Positions 30,168 through 43,049 of a stretch of DNA of 64,000 nt are shown piece after piece. The stretch is taken from NCBI RefSeq assembly GCF_009914755.1, contig NC_060947.1. One strand, given 5' to 3'. Origin of the DNA: the human T2T-CHM13v2.0 reference genome, Homo sapiens. Each line of letters starts with the position of its first letter. The first letter of the stretch is position 1. Below the pieces are notes generated by a model that saw nothing but the letters and a program-made list of their open reading frames with translations, did not search any database and was not told where the DNA came from. A program made the position numbers and the translations under genes.

Positions 30168-32923
30168 GTTATCTAATGCTGAATCTGAGGCACCTTCTAA
30201 TAGAAAGGCAAAGAGCTCGGAATTGTGTCAGTCAAGTTCAAATTATTTTCAAGTACTTCATCATATTTCTCGTTATTATGTATTTGTAGTACAAGAAGTT
30301 TCACAAAATGAGAAAGCTATCTTTGCATTTTCTATTTTTTATACAATGAATCATCTCTTGATTTAAGTTCTTTTCAAATGATAGCCTTAACTTCATAGCC
30401 ATGTAAGATGATGGAAGAAATGATTTATTATATTCTGTCATTCTTTCTAGAGAAGAATAATCACCTTTCTCAGTATTAAAGTGGCTTTCAGGCAAATCAA
30501 TCAACCATAGATGGTGTCATAAGACTGTCTTCTGATGTTAATAAAGCATTCCGTAATAAGGAGTTTTTAAGTGTTGTATTTATAGACAGTGATAGAAATT
30601 ATAAGAGACTGCTGAAAAAAGGACTAGAGTACCTGTAATTTCTGAGAGTATTGTACTTCAAAATACTTAGCTGTAGGGTCTGTTTTTGTAAATAATAAGT
30701 ACTTCAATATGCCTTCATGCATTTTACTCATACAGATTTTAGAAAATGACATAAGATTTACAAGTATTTATCCTTTGTTTTTCGAAAAATCCACCTATAC
30801 TCTTTACCTTTCATTAAAAGTAAACACTTGTATTTGAAAAGTATGAAGACAAAATGATTCTATGTTGTATCTTTGGAATTTTCTTATAGATAATAAAATA
30901 TATTTATTTATTTGTATGCTTCTTTTTAAAATATGCTTACACAAGACTGATATCACTTATATGAAGAGAAATAAAAAATACAATAAGAAATCATTCCATC
31001 TTATTACTTATCTCATCAAAGCATTTTTTAATAATTTTATAGAATATGTGATGGTAGAAATGCAAAAAAAGTTGAAGTGGAAAAACTCACGGTATACCAC
31101 TTTCCAGAGTAATGCCAAACTTTATTTCAAATGTAGATACTTTTCTGGTTAGATATCCAATAGAGTTAGTAATTTCAATTATCTATGAATACTTTAAGGA
31201 CAACTGTAATTCATTGCCTCCATATTGCCAGTGACAAACAAAAAATGACATTTACTATGGAATTGGAATATTTAGAAGTATGACTGAATAATGACTTATC
31301 TTATGGTCATCATATTCAGTTTGGTGATTGAACAATGCATGTCTTAACAGCGTAGAAATAGAAGCATCAGTAATCTTTTAGCAAATGTATAAGGAAATTC
31401 TTTTTCTATTATCTGGAACTCTAATAATAGTTATTTGATTATATGTGTCAAATGCTTAATTCTGCAAGCTAAAATTTGATAGATATATGTGATGTTATTC
31501 AATATGTTGCCCAATAAGTTATTTTTATAGTTCAAAAGTGAAAGGAGAGCCATTCTAATCCTTGATTCAAAAAATAATGAAAGGAGCTAAATTTGCAAAA
31601 TGTTATCAAGTAGAAGACATGAACAATACCTCTTTTAGAATTTATAGGTATATTCTTTTGAACACAATGGCATCCATAAATGGCATAAAATATTGAGATT
31701 CAACATTTCTCTTTATTTGTTGATATCTGTGGTTTCATTACTAAGGTCAGATAGAAAAGTTCTGGAAAGTATCTGACTGCATCTTTCTTATCAAATACAA
31801 ATTTATATCTGTAAGAGAAATGTACCTACTAATAACCCAGATATAAACTTTACCTACTTTACAAGCTTAAGCAAACATGGTGAATGTGATGCTCTGTTTG
31901 GTAATATGAAATTTATAGAAATTTCTATGGTGTGTTGTTTATTTTATAGTTCACTAGGTTATTTTTCATTGTAGCTTGCTTCTCCCTTTGAATACCACAA
32001 ATAGTATTCTCCTCCTCAGAAAATCATCTGACAGCAGTTTTTTTTAAGTCAGCTAGGTTGTTGGACTACTTATCAGGATATACTCGTGAGTTATTTCATG
32101 TCCTTATGGCACCAAATTAGATTGCTAAAGTACAACCTTTACAATCTATCACTTTTTCAGATCTTTTAAGTGCCATTGATATCATCCTGGAAATTTCAAT
32201 CACCACAGTGAGGATGGGCTTTGGGAATTATTGATGTCTATAATAGGGTAATTTGTCAAGGCAACAATGTCATTTTTGTGTGGTTCCCAGTTTGTGTAGG
32301 TATTAAAGGAAATGAAATGGGAGATAAAGCAGTCAAAAAGGCTTTGTAAAATCATTCAGGAGTATCGAATATTTAATTATTTTAAAGAGAACATAATTTA
32401 TCACAAAACAAAGAACCAATGCCAAATGAGGACAAATACATAATGAGGTTAAACAGGTTTACATAAATACAAAGAATTACAAATTTATGTCATTTGTCAA
32501 CCTGGTTAAAACATCAAGAAACATTCATTTTCTTATATCTAAATATTGTAAGTTCTTTCTGAAGTTTTATTCAATGTGTTGCCTTGCAGTCACATTTTGT
32601 TCTAATAAATCAGCACAAACATGTGATCAGACAATATATTGTTTTCTTTTCTTACAATTGAAAATGTAATTGTGAGCTCCACATTAGAGTTTAATAGAAT
32701 AAGTTGCAGCTATAAACAATAAAGGAGTTATAAATATAATTAAGAAATGTCATTATGCTTACATAACACTTAAGATATTATTAACTTAGAAATGCTGTCA
32801 TTGGAGCAATGCACACTTACTTACAAACTAGAAAAATTATCATATAGCTCTTTTGTTTCACTAAAGTCCTAAAATTACTAGAAAGCAGTAAATTAAAAAA
32901 TAGAATACATAATGTGTTTTCTT

Positions 32924-33685
32924 TTTTTATTATACTTTAAGTTCTAGGGTACATGTGCACAACGTGCAGGTTTGATACATAGGTATACATGTGCCATGGT
33001 GGTTTGCTGCACCCATCAACTCATCATTTACGTTAGGTATTTCTCCTAATGCTATCCCTCCCCCAGCCCGCCACCCCCCAACAGGCCCGAGTGTGTGAAG
33101 TTCCCTGCCCTGTGTCCAAGTGATCTCATTGTTCAATTCCCACCTATGAGTGAGAACATGCAGTGTTTGGTTTTCTGTCCTTGTGATAGTTTGCTGAGAA
33201 TGATGGTTTCCAGCTTCATTCATGTCCCTGCAAAGGACATGAACTCATCCTTTTTATGGCTGCATAGTATTCCATGGTGAATATGTGCCACATTTTCTTA
33301 ATCCAGTCTATCACTGATGGACATTTGGGTTGGTTCCAAGTCTTTGCTATTGTGAATAGTGCCTCAATAAACATACGTGTGCATGTGTCTTTATAGTAGC
33401 ATGATTTATAATCCTTTGGGTATATACCCAATAATGGGATAGCTGGGTCAAATGGTAACTCTAGTTCTAGATCCTTGAGGAATCACCACACTGTCTTACA
33501 CAATGGTTGAACTAATATACACTCTCACCAACAGTGTAAAAGCGTTCCTATTTCTCTACATCCTCTCCAGCATCTGTTGTTTCCTTACTTTTTAATGATT
33601 GCCATTATAACTGGTGTGAGATGACAACTCATTGTGGTTTTGATTTGCATTTCTCTGAAGACCAGTGATGGTGAGCATTTCTTCA
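32924..33685 (-). mobile_element. 5'-truncated L1PA6/7-like
   Basis: ORF2 C-terminus and 3'UTR. 22-bp TSD at 32902-32923 and 33686-33707 with 1 mismatch. Confidence 0.96.
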
Positions 33686-33800
33686 AGAATACATAATATG
33701 TTTTCTTAAAGAATGATTATATATATATATTTTTAAATCAAGCAGTTCAGCTTTTTGTAAGTGAAACAATAGGTTTTGTTTCAACTGGTTGTTTTGGCAC

Positions 33801-33824
33801 TATATATATATATATATATATATA
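33801..33824. repeat. (TA)n microsatellite
   Basis: Direct reading; a shorter run lies near 33718-33730. Confidence 0.95.
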
Positions 33825-34524
33825 TTCTTAATCATTTACCACAGTTGTCCTTATGTTTTCTAAATTACTTACATTATATCATTCCACAGCCAGTATAGAT
33901 AATAAAATTGACCTTCGCATGATTCTCTCTTGGGAGGGGGAGTAATATTTTCAGTTCAGCACCACCCATCAAATATCCCCTATTCTGCAGTCCAACGAGA
34001 GTGTTTCCCAGTTAACAGAATAGTAAGGCAAAGCAGTTAATGATATAACAGCTGGAAGAAAGGCAGAAGAGCAAAAACATAATAAATCACCGACATAAGT
34101 ATTTTCTTAACAATTTTACTTTAAAATATTTCTTAGGCAGAGCTAGTCACAAATATAATTGTGCAACTATCACAAAATTTAGTAACAATTTATTATCTAT
34201 ATGCCTATGACTCCTTAAGGGTGAGTTTACCTCTTATATCTTGAAATGTGTTGCTAGTCCACTTGTTTTCAACTCTTGAAGTTCAATATTCTCCAAACTA
34301 TCATAATTCCCCCTCAAGCTGCTCTAATTTAATATCAGCGGCAAGGTCTGATCTTCAGCCTTTACTCTGAACTGTCTACTCCCCTTTCCATATGCTTCCT
34401 CCAGTCTCCATCTCCATTTATTTATTTATCTATCATATCAGGAGCTGTAATTTATACTCTTTTGGCATTCATTGTAGTGCCTTCTTGGCACTTAATAGCA
34501 ATGACTATAGAAAACACTGATTGA

Positions 34525-34720
34525 CTAGAATTTATTGAGCATTTATCCCGTGATAAGAATTGTACTAAACATGTGTATGTATATCATTATTATCTATACT
34601 TTACAATCGAAGAAATTAGGCACAGATATGTTAACCAACCTTCTTAGTCATAAATGATAGAGCTGCAATTCAAATTTAGAGCCTAAAAAGCTTAAGAAAT
34701 AGAGTACACTGCCTCTCAAG
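34525..34720 (-). mobile_element. MIR
   Basis: atttattgagcattta...gaaattaggcacaga...agagctgcaattcaaa. Confidence 0.7.
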
Positions 34721-35914
34721 TAGTAGATACTTATTCCTTCTTCCAGCAAGCATTAACTGAATAGTATTCTACTGGGTAATGGATGGAGAGGAAACAAAAA
34801 TATAGGTCTACCATCTGGCAAAAAAAATAAGGTAAGATTGCAAGAGCAAATCTATCTCCTAAAACTAAACTGATCTTCCTGAACCCCAATGTGTTAGGTG
34901 GCAAGATTTAAAAATAATAATATTAACAAAAATATTTAATTGCTTGAGTTAGCATATATCACCATTCTTCAGTTGAGACTTTTCTTTAGGCTAACCACGT
35001 TTTTTTCTATAAATTCTTACTCTTTCAATATTCCCTCCTTCCCTGAATATCTCCATAAGAAAGCACCTAGGTAAATGGTGGTAGTAGGGTGTTTACATTA
35101 CTTCATGGCAATGGGGATGTGTATGTATGTGGGGATTATGCATCCTTGATACAGACTTAGCTACTGAGTAGCTGATTTGGCATAGTGTCTGGATTATTGA
35201 CCTGACCTCACTTCCACCCCTAGTCTAATCCATCTGTATCAGAGGACTGACACAGGCTTCTGATTAATACTTTACTAGTACTTTCTACACTTCTGTATTT
35301 CTCACTAAAGATGAGGAATCTCTGTATGCCATTTGAAGGACTTTCTGAATCAAAAGTGCTGTTCCAGGTTCATTTATCTAACTTTGCTAAAATTGTGTCA
35401 TTGCTACTGCTGCCCCACCATTCTAAGTACACACTCTGTCAGTGGTATATTTTTAGGATTCTAAGTAAGGTGTGAGTCAAAAACCCTACTATGTCCTGAA
35501 AGATGAACCTATAATTCCAACACCTGCTTATTAAACCACTGAATATGTATATATTTCTGAAGTTATTTGAGTCAAGACTTTCCCTTTCTTGTTTCTTAGT
35601 AGACTTCTGCTGGGTCATATTCTTCTCTTTCCAGAAGTAATTTTATAATGCCCTTTGCCCTGAAACAAAGTGGCAAATTTTATACAATGAGAGAAAACAC
35701 AATTGGGGAAATAGTTCTAAAAATATTTTATGAAATGATTCTAAATATACCACATTACATAAACTACTAATTTCTTTCACTTAGCATAGTGATTTTTATA
35801 TTATTTAAAAGTTTCATGATTTTCATTGAATGCCTGACATTAAATCAGTTGGTTTAACTCCAGTTTAGTAACATTATTTATTTAACCTTTTTGTTAAACT
35901 TGTAACCTTTCCTC

Positions 35915-36060
35915 TTTTTTATTATAGCCATTCTTACAGGTATGAGGTGATATCTCATTAAGATTCATTTAATCATTCCACAATGTAAACATATATCAAA
36001 ACATCACATCATACCACATAAATATATACAATTATTATTTGTCAATTAAAAATGAAATAA
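35915..36060. mobile_element. Tiny L1MA relic with an inverted 5' piece
   Basis: 35915-35959 encodes [14 protein letters not shown] on the minus strand. About 35965-36060 is an L1MA 3' terminus on the plus strand. Confidence 0.7.
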
Positions 36061-36601
36061 CATTCAAAGATAATTCAATTCCTACTTTTCCTTAGAAATA
36101 ACACTGCAGTAGTAAATACCTTTTTTTCTACAGTTAAGATTATTTCCATGTGATAGATTGCCAGAGTGTAACAGACCAAAGAATATGAATATTCTCTTAA
36201 AAAACATATTCTTCTTTTCCAGTTTTATCAAACTTCAATTGATAAATGATATTGTATAAAGTTAAGGATACAAGATATTGATTTGTTATATGTATATATT
36301 GTGAAATTATTATCCCAATCAAGTTACTTAACATATCTATCACTTCATCTGGTTACCCTTATTCGTGTGTGTGTGTGTGTGTGTGTGGGTGTGTTGAAAA
36401 CATTTAAGATCTATTATCTTAGCAAATTTCAAATTTACAATACAGTACTGTTAACTATAGTCACCATGTTGTACATTATATCCTCAGAATTATTTTTCTT
36501 ATAACTAAAGGTCTGTACCCTTTGACAACATCTGCTCATTTTCCCCACTCTGAAGCCCTTGGCAATTATTATTCTACTCTCTGTTTCTGTGATGTCATTT
36601 A

Positions 36602-36920
36602 TTTTTTTTGAGACAGGGTCTCTGCTTTGCTGCCTGGGCTGGAGTGCAGTAGCATGATCATGGCTCACTGCAGCTTTAATGAACTTCCCTGGCTCAAGTG
36701 ATTCTCTTCCATCAGCCTCCTGAGTAGCTGGGGCTACAGGGGGGCACCAGCACTTCCAGCAAACTTTTTGCTTTTTTTTGTTTTGTTTTGTTTTGTTTTT
36801 TTAGAGATGGGTTTTAACCATGTTGCTTATGAATGGTCTCAAACTCCTGGGATCAAGTGATCCACCTGCCTCAACCTCCCAAAATGGTGAGACTACAGGT
36901 GTGAACCTCTGTGACCAGCC
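36602..36920 (-). mobile_element. AluJ
   Basis: gagacagggtctc...gatcatggctcactgcagc. TSD atgtcatttatt / atgtcatctatt. Confidence 0.93.
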
Positions 36921-38274
36921 AATGTCATCTATTGTAGACTCCAACTATAAGTGAGATCACACAGTATTTGTTGTTCTCTGGCTTATGTATTTAACTTAGC
37001 ATAATTCCTTTAAGGTTTATCCATATTATTGCAAATGGAAGAATATTCCCCTTTTTATGGCTGAATAATATTTCATTGTATTTCTATACACCACAATTTC
37101 TTAATCTACTCATCTTTCAATAGACAAATAGGTTGTTTCCACGTCTTGGATATTGTGAATAATGCTGCAATGAACATGGGAGTGTTGATACCTCTTCAAC
37201 ATGCTGATTTTTATTTCAATTGGATACTTACTCAGAAAACGGATTTATGGTTCAAATGGTAGTTCTGTTTTAAAATTTTTGAGGAACCTCTATCTATACT
37301 GGTTGTATCAATTTGCAACCCCTCCAACAGTGCACAAGGGTACTCTTCACTGCATCCTGGCCAATACTATTCTCTGTTTGGCAAGACAATTCTCTCTTGT
37401 CTGTTGGATAAAAGTCATTCTAACACATATAAGGTGATGTCTTACTGTGGTTTTTATTTGAAATTTTCTTGTGATTAGTGATGTTTAGCATTTTTTATAT
37501 GCTCATTGACCATTTGTGTATCTTCTTTGGAGAAATGTCCAATCAGAGCCCTTGCTCATTTTTTAATTGGATTTTGTTTTTTGCTATTTAGTTTTACGAG
37601 TTTCTTATATATTTTGGATATTAACCAATTATCAGATATATGGTTGGCAAATATTTTCTCTCACTTCATATTTTCATTTTGTTTATTATTTTGTTCCTTA
37701 TTTCCTTTTATTTGCAGAAGGCTTTAAATTTGATGTAGGCCCACTTATTTACTTTTGCTTATTTTTTTGCTTTTGCTTTTGGTGTTATATAAAAAAATCA
37801 TTACACAAACCAATGTCAAAGAGATTTTTCTTTATATTTCCTCTAGAAATTGTACAGTTTCAGGTCTTAAATTTAAGCCATGAATCTATGTCAAGTTAGT
37901 ATTTGTGAGTGGTGTAAGATATGGACTAAATCTCAGTCTTTTGCATGTGCATATTCCAAAGACCATTTATTTTCCAAAGACGATTTATTGAAAAGACAGT
38001 CATTTCTCCATTATGTATTCTTAGCATTCATGTCAGTATTAGTTGACTGTGTACACACGAGTTTATTTCAAATCTGTTCCATTGATTTAGGTGCCTGTTT
38101 TAGGCCAGTGTCATACTATTTTGATTGAAATAGCTTTGTAATATAGTTTGAAATAAGAAAGCATGATGCCTCTAAGTTTTCTTTTTTCAAGATTGTTTTG
38201 GCATTTTGAGGTCTTTTGTGGTTCTCTATGAATTTTAAGATTGATCTTTTCTATTCTTTGAAAAATGCCATTCT

Positions 38275-39200
38275 ACTCATCTGACAAAGGGCTAATATCT
38301 AGAATCTACAATGAACTCAAACAAATTTACAAGAAAAAAACAGCCCCATCAAAAAGTGGGCAAAGGATATGAACAGACACTTCTCAAAAGAAGACATTTA
38401 TGCAGCCAAAAGACACACAAAAAAATGCTCATAATCACTGGCCATCAGAGAAATGCAAATCAAAACCACAATGAAATACCATCTCACACCAGTTAGAATG
38501 GCAATCATTAAAAAGTCAGGAAACAACAGGTGCTGGAGAGGATGTGGAGAAATAGGAACACTTTTACACTGTTGGTGGGACTGTAAACTAGTTCAACCAT
38601 TGTGGAAGTCAGTGTGTTATGTTAGAAATCCCTAGATTCCTCAGGGATCTAGAACTAGAAATACCATTTGACCCAGCCATCCCATTACTGGGTATATACC
38701 CAAAGGATTATAAATCATGCTGCTATAAAGACACATGCACACGTATGTTTATTGTGGCACTATTCACAATAGCAAAGACTTGGAACCAACCCAAATGTCC
38801 AACAATGATAGACTGGATTAAGAAAATGTGGCACATATACACCATAGAATACTATGCAGCCATAAAAAATGATGAGTTCATGTCCTTTGTAGGGACATGG
38901 ATGAAGCTCAAAGCTATCATTCTCAGCAAACTATCGCAAGGACAAAAAACCAAACACCGCATGTTCTCACTCATAGGTGGGAATTGAACAATGAGAACAC
39001 ATGGACACAGGAAGGGGAACATCACACACTGGGGCCTGTTGTGGGGTGGGGGAAGGGGGGAGGGACAGCATTAGGAGATACACCTAATGTTAAATGACAA
39101 GTTAATGGGTTCAGCACACCAACGTGGCACATGTATACATATGTAACTAACCTGCACGTTGTGCACATGTACCCTAAAACTTAAAGTATAATAAAAAAAA
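38275..39200 (+). mobile_element. 5'-truncated L1PA4-like
   Basis: Perfect 15-bp TSD gaaaaatgccattct (38260-38274, 39201-39215). ORF2 C-terminus, 3'UTR and A-tail. Confidence 0.97.
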
Positions 39201-40039
39201 GAAAAATGCCATTCTCTGTCATAATTCTGATAGGTATTACGTTGAATCTATAGATCACTTGGATAGCATGAACTTTTTTAAGATACTGATTTTCCTCGTC
39301 CATGAACACAGAATACTTTCATTTATTTATGTTTTCCTCAAATTATTTCATCAATGTCTTACAGTTTTCAGTGTAAAGAGCTTTTACTTCCTTGGTTTGT
39401 TTAATTTATTCTTATATATTTTATTTATGGTGCTTTGTAAATGAGATTGGTTTCTTTACTTCTTTTCCAGATAGTTTGTTGTTAATCTATACAAATCCAA
39501 CTAATTTTGTGTGTTGATTTTGTGTCTTGCAACTGTACTAAATTTGTTATTAGCTCTGACAATTTTTTGGTAGAGTCTTTAGGGATATATATGTATGTGT
39601 GTGTGTGTGTGTATACACACACACATACATACTCACGTCATCTGGAAACAGAGAGAATTTTACTTTTTGCTTTCCAAATCAGGTGACTTTTTCTTGTCTA
39701 ATTACTCTGGTTGGGACTTCCAATATTATGTTGAATAGAAGCGGTGAGAGTGGGCACCCTTGTCTTAATCCTGATCTTAAAGAAAAAGTGTTCAGATTTT
39801 CACCATTGAGTATCATGTTAACTGTGGGCTGAGTACACATGGCCTTTATTATGTTAATGTTGAAGATTAAAACACTCTTTATATGAATTTTATTAAAATT
39901 TTCTCTCATTAAATGTCATGTTTCTCATCTGCCATTTTTTAAATTTTGTTTGTAATGCTATTTGAACTGCTATTGTCATTGTATATATTAATTGCTTATT
40001 TATTCTTCAGTCTATTTGATAGCTTCTTATTTCACTATC

Positions 40040-40295
40040 CACAATGTAGTGATTCAGAGTTCAGCTTCTGGAGTCACACAGGCCATCATGTGCTAGCTGT
40101 GTGCTTTTAGAGTTACTTAACCATTTTGTTTCTCAATATCTTTATTCATAAAACTGGGATAATAATGATGATTACTTCCTAGGTTTAAGGTAGGATTAAG
40201 TGAGATAATGTATGTTGAGTGGTTTAAATGAATTATTATGTGTAAACTATTGAAAACAGGGCCTGATATAGAATGAATAATCAATTAATTCCAGC
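40040..40295 (+). mobile_element. MIR
   Basis: tagctgtgtgct...ttacttaacc...cataaaactgggataataat. Confidence 0.75.
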
Positions 40296-40689
40296 AACCA
40301 CTTTACCTATCCATTTATACGCTAAATTACACAGTTTTAATTTTAATACTTTAAAAACACATTCTGATAAATGGTGTGTTATTTTCTCATTATGTTTGTT
40401 AAAGTATTTTTGTCTACTTTTGCCCTCTTACTCTGCTTGATGAATTTTAATTGTGATCATGTGTTTAAAAAGTCTCAACAATACATTATTTTGTTCTTTA
40501 GAATTGAATGATATTTGTTATTTATTTTGCATATTTTTATTTTTCAAGAATTAAATGTATTTCAGTAAAGATTAATTGTTTCTTCATAGAAAGGTCTCAC
40601 ATTTCATGTTACAGTTATGTCGCTGTGTTTTCTCTATTAAATTAGTATATGGGATCTTATTTTTTGAATTATATTTTCTACTTATTTGA

Positions 40690-40845
40690 ACCAGACGATA
40701 AAGAATGAAATCCTAGCTTTGCCACTTTCTAGCTGTGTAAACTGGAGCCAATTACCCAACCTTCCTATGCTTTGTTCTCTCAGATGTATAATGACAGATA
40801 TATCAGGACCTATACTATAGAATTATTATAAGGATGGTTATGTAA
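40690..40845 (+). mobile_element. MIR
   Basis: aatcctagctttgccactttctagctgtgt... Confidence 0.7.
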
Positions 40846-40849
40846 ATTT

Positions 40850-41780
40850 ATTCAAATTATTGTATTTATTTTTTATCTGGTTCTCTTGAATTTTCTCTGT
40901 AGTAATTATATTTACTGCCAAAAATAAATGTGTTCCTCACTTTTCATGCTTGTGCACCTTATTTATTTTACATTCTTTACACCAATAACTAGAATGCTCA
41001 AAATATTTTAACTAATAATGATTTAGGCCTATGACTTCTTTCTTTTTATATGATCACAGTGAATCTTGATCATGTCTGTTTGAGAGAGATGTGTTTTATC
41101 ATACAGAAAAAATGCTTCCATTTCTATTTTCCTATGGGTTTTTATCAGAAATTGATAGTTCATTTTCTCAAATACCATTTCAGCATTTAGAAGAAAATTG
41201 CATGTGTGCATGCATGTGTGTGCTACTGCATTTGCTCTATTAAGGAAAGCCATTATAATAACAGATTGCTTTTGAACCATCCTCACATTTATGGAGTAAA
41301 TTGTGTTTGATCATAGTGTATGGTTATTTTAATGCACTCATGAATTTCATTACTTAACAATTAAGGTTATTGTGTCCACCTCCATAAATCAATTTGGTTT
41401 TTAGATTTCATAATTATAGTTTCTTTATCAGGTTTTTGTATTAAGGTAGTATATTTGCCTTATAAATGAAATAGGAATTTTCCTTGTTTATCTTCTGGAA
41501 GAAAGTAAAATACACGTGAATCATTAGCCTCTGTAGCTTCGAGGGAACTCACCTATAAAATCAACTGGATCTGAAATATTTTGGAGTAGTATTTTTTTGA
41601 CAAATTTTAACAATGTCTTTTGTTGCTATGTCTATTTTTATGCAATTTGGGTTAAGAAAGCTTCTTATAAAATTCATGTACTAAATGTGAAACCTATTAA
41701 ACTAAGTTTATTCTTTGGATCCTTTTAAATACCCCCTGTATCTATAGTTACAGCCTCCCTCTAATTCCTAATATTGGCTG
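40850..41780 (-). mobile_element. Very old L1ME-like ORF2 fragment
   Basis: Degenerate ORF2-like peptide NAEMVFEKMNYQFLIKT in ORF 41029-41286. Confidence 0.6.
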
Positions 41781-42685
41781 TCATGGATCCCCATCAGGAG
41801 ATAAAACATTGGACTACATTTCCAGTCTTGGTGGTATGTTGGGATGTAGATGGCCACCTTAAAATGCTGCTGAAAATATTAGGATCAGAGGTGCCAGAGT
41901 CTACTGACAAAATATGCCTTTCTCTTCCTCTACATCAATAAATGCATACATCTACATATCCCCTGGTGTTTTACTTAAATTTTTGTGAGCTGGCAGAAAG
42001 ATACACAGCTAGAAATTAGGGCCTTGCCTTTTTCCTGAATCTTGACATTCCAGTAGTGGAGGGTATGACGAGAAAGTAAAAGACATGTTTGTATTCTGGG
42101 TTCCTGTTCTGTCCTCCTCTTTCTTAGCTGCTTTCCAACAGGACTTGCCTTAGGTGATACAAGCTAATTCCATAAATAACAGCATGTCTACAAAAAGCCA
42201 CTTTTTTTTTTCTTATTTTGTGTCCCCCCTTTAAAAGTCCTTTCAACTTTAATTACACTAATATAATCAAAATAGGTATATTTCTACATGACATCAGTCT
42301 TTTGAATAAAACCGAAGTACACAATACTACAAGGCATTTTCCGATATATTTATTCTCCTTGAGTTTGGGCCCTGCTACCAATTATATACATTGTTTTTCT
42401 TCAGTGAACTAGATAATGCAAAAAACAGTGCTTTATTTCTTGCTGGAATTAATAATGGTTATTGCAATGAGTGTTTCTAGTACTTTTTAGAATCTTCAAG
42501 CATATACAGAAATCACAAAAGTGTAAAAAACTTAATATACTTAATAGAAAAGTTGAAAATTTGTTTTATTATAATAATTTTCTCAAATATGTTTTACAAT
42601 ATTAATTCAGCAGTAAATGAAAATTTTTGCTAAGAGTAGTTCAGAATCGATTTCAGAAAAAATGTTTTAATCAAAGAAAATGTTA

Positions 42686-42704
42686 TAGCGCACTCTAGTG
42701 GCAC
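42686..42704 (-). promoter_or_regulatory. Candidate CTCF site
   Basis: Minus strand gtgccactagagtgcgcta resembles the CTCF core CCAC(C/T)AG(G/A)GGGCGC. Confidence 0.45.
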
Positions 42705-43049
42705 ACTGTGTAATTTAGCACAAAGTAAAAGTCCTCCTGCTTATAATAAACTGACAGGTTATGCATAAGAGTAATTTATCTTACTGTAAAAATATAGCAA
42801 TATTTTCCAATATATGAAGATATACTACAAGCATGCATGCTTCGTAGCCTGCCATTATTTTCTATGTACTTTTGTGAGATTTATCTACCATTTAATAGTC
42901 TACTGAAGCATACTTTTAATCACATTTGATATTTTTTATATTTAAAAATAATCTGACAGTTTGAATTGTTTATTTTTATATTTCTGATATGGAAGTTACC
43001 CATTAGTAGCTAATGTTTGTGAAACGAGTGGAATTTTTTTTTTTAATAC

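Larger units (their letters stand above)
36215..39900 (-). mobile_element. L1MA9-like element interrupted by an Alu and a young L1
   Basis: 3'UTR aagatctattatcttagcaaatttcaaatttacaatac. RT peptide [20 protein letters not shown] at 39679-39909. Internal (GT)n at 36365-36392 and (TA)(TG)(CA)n at 39586-39631. Confidence 0.88.

Noticed and set aside
30862-31152. 96-aa ORF in unique DNA (also 15526-15771, 29174-29419, 62414-62686)
   Set aside because: AT-biased composition and no recognisable domain; consistent with chance ORFs.
39040-39065. G-quadruplex-like G runs
   Set aside because: A standard L1 3'UTR feature.
42829-42842. Palindrome aagcatgcatgctt (a similar one lies near 63307)
   Set aside because: A low-complexity (GCAT)n palindrome with no supporting context.
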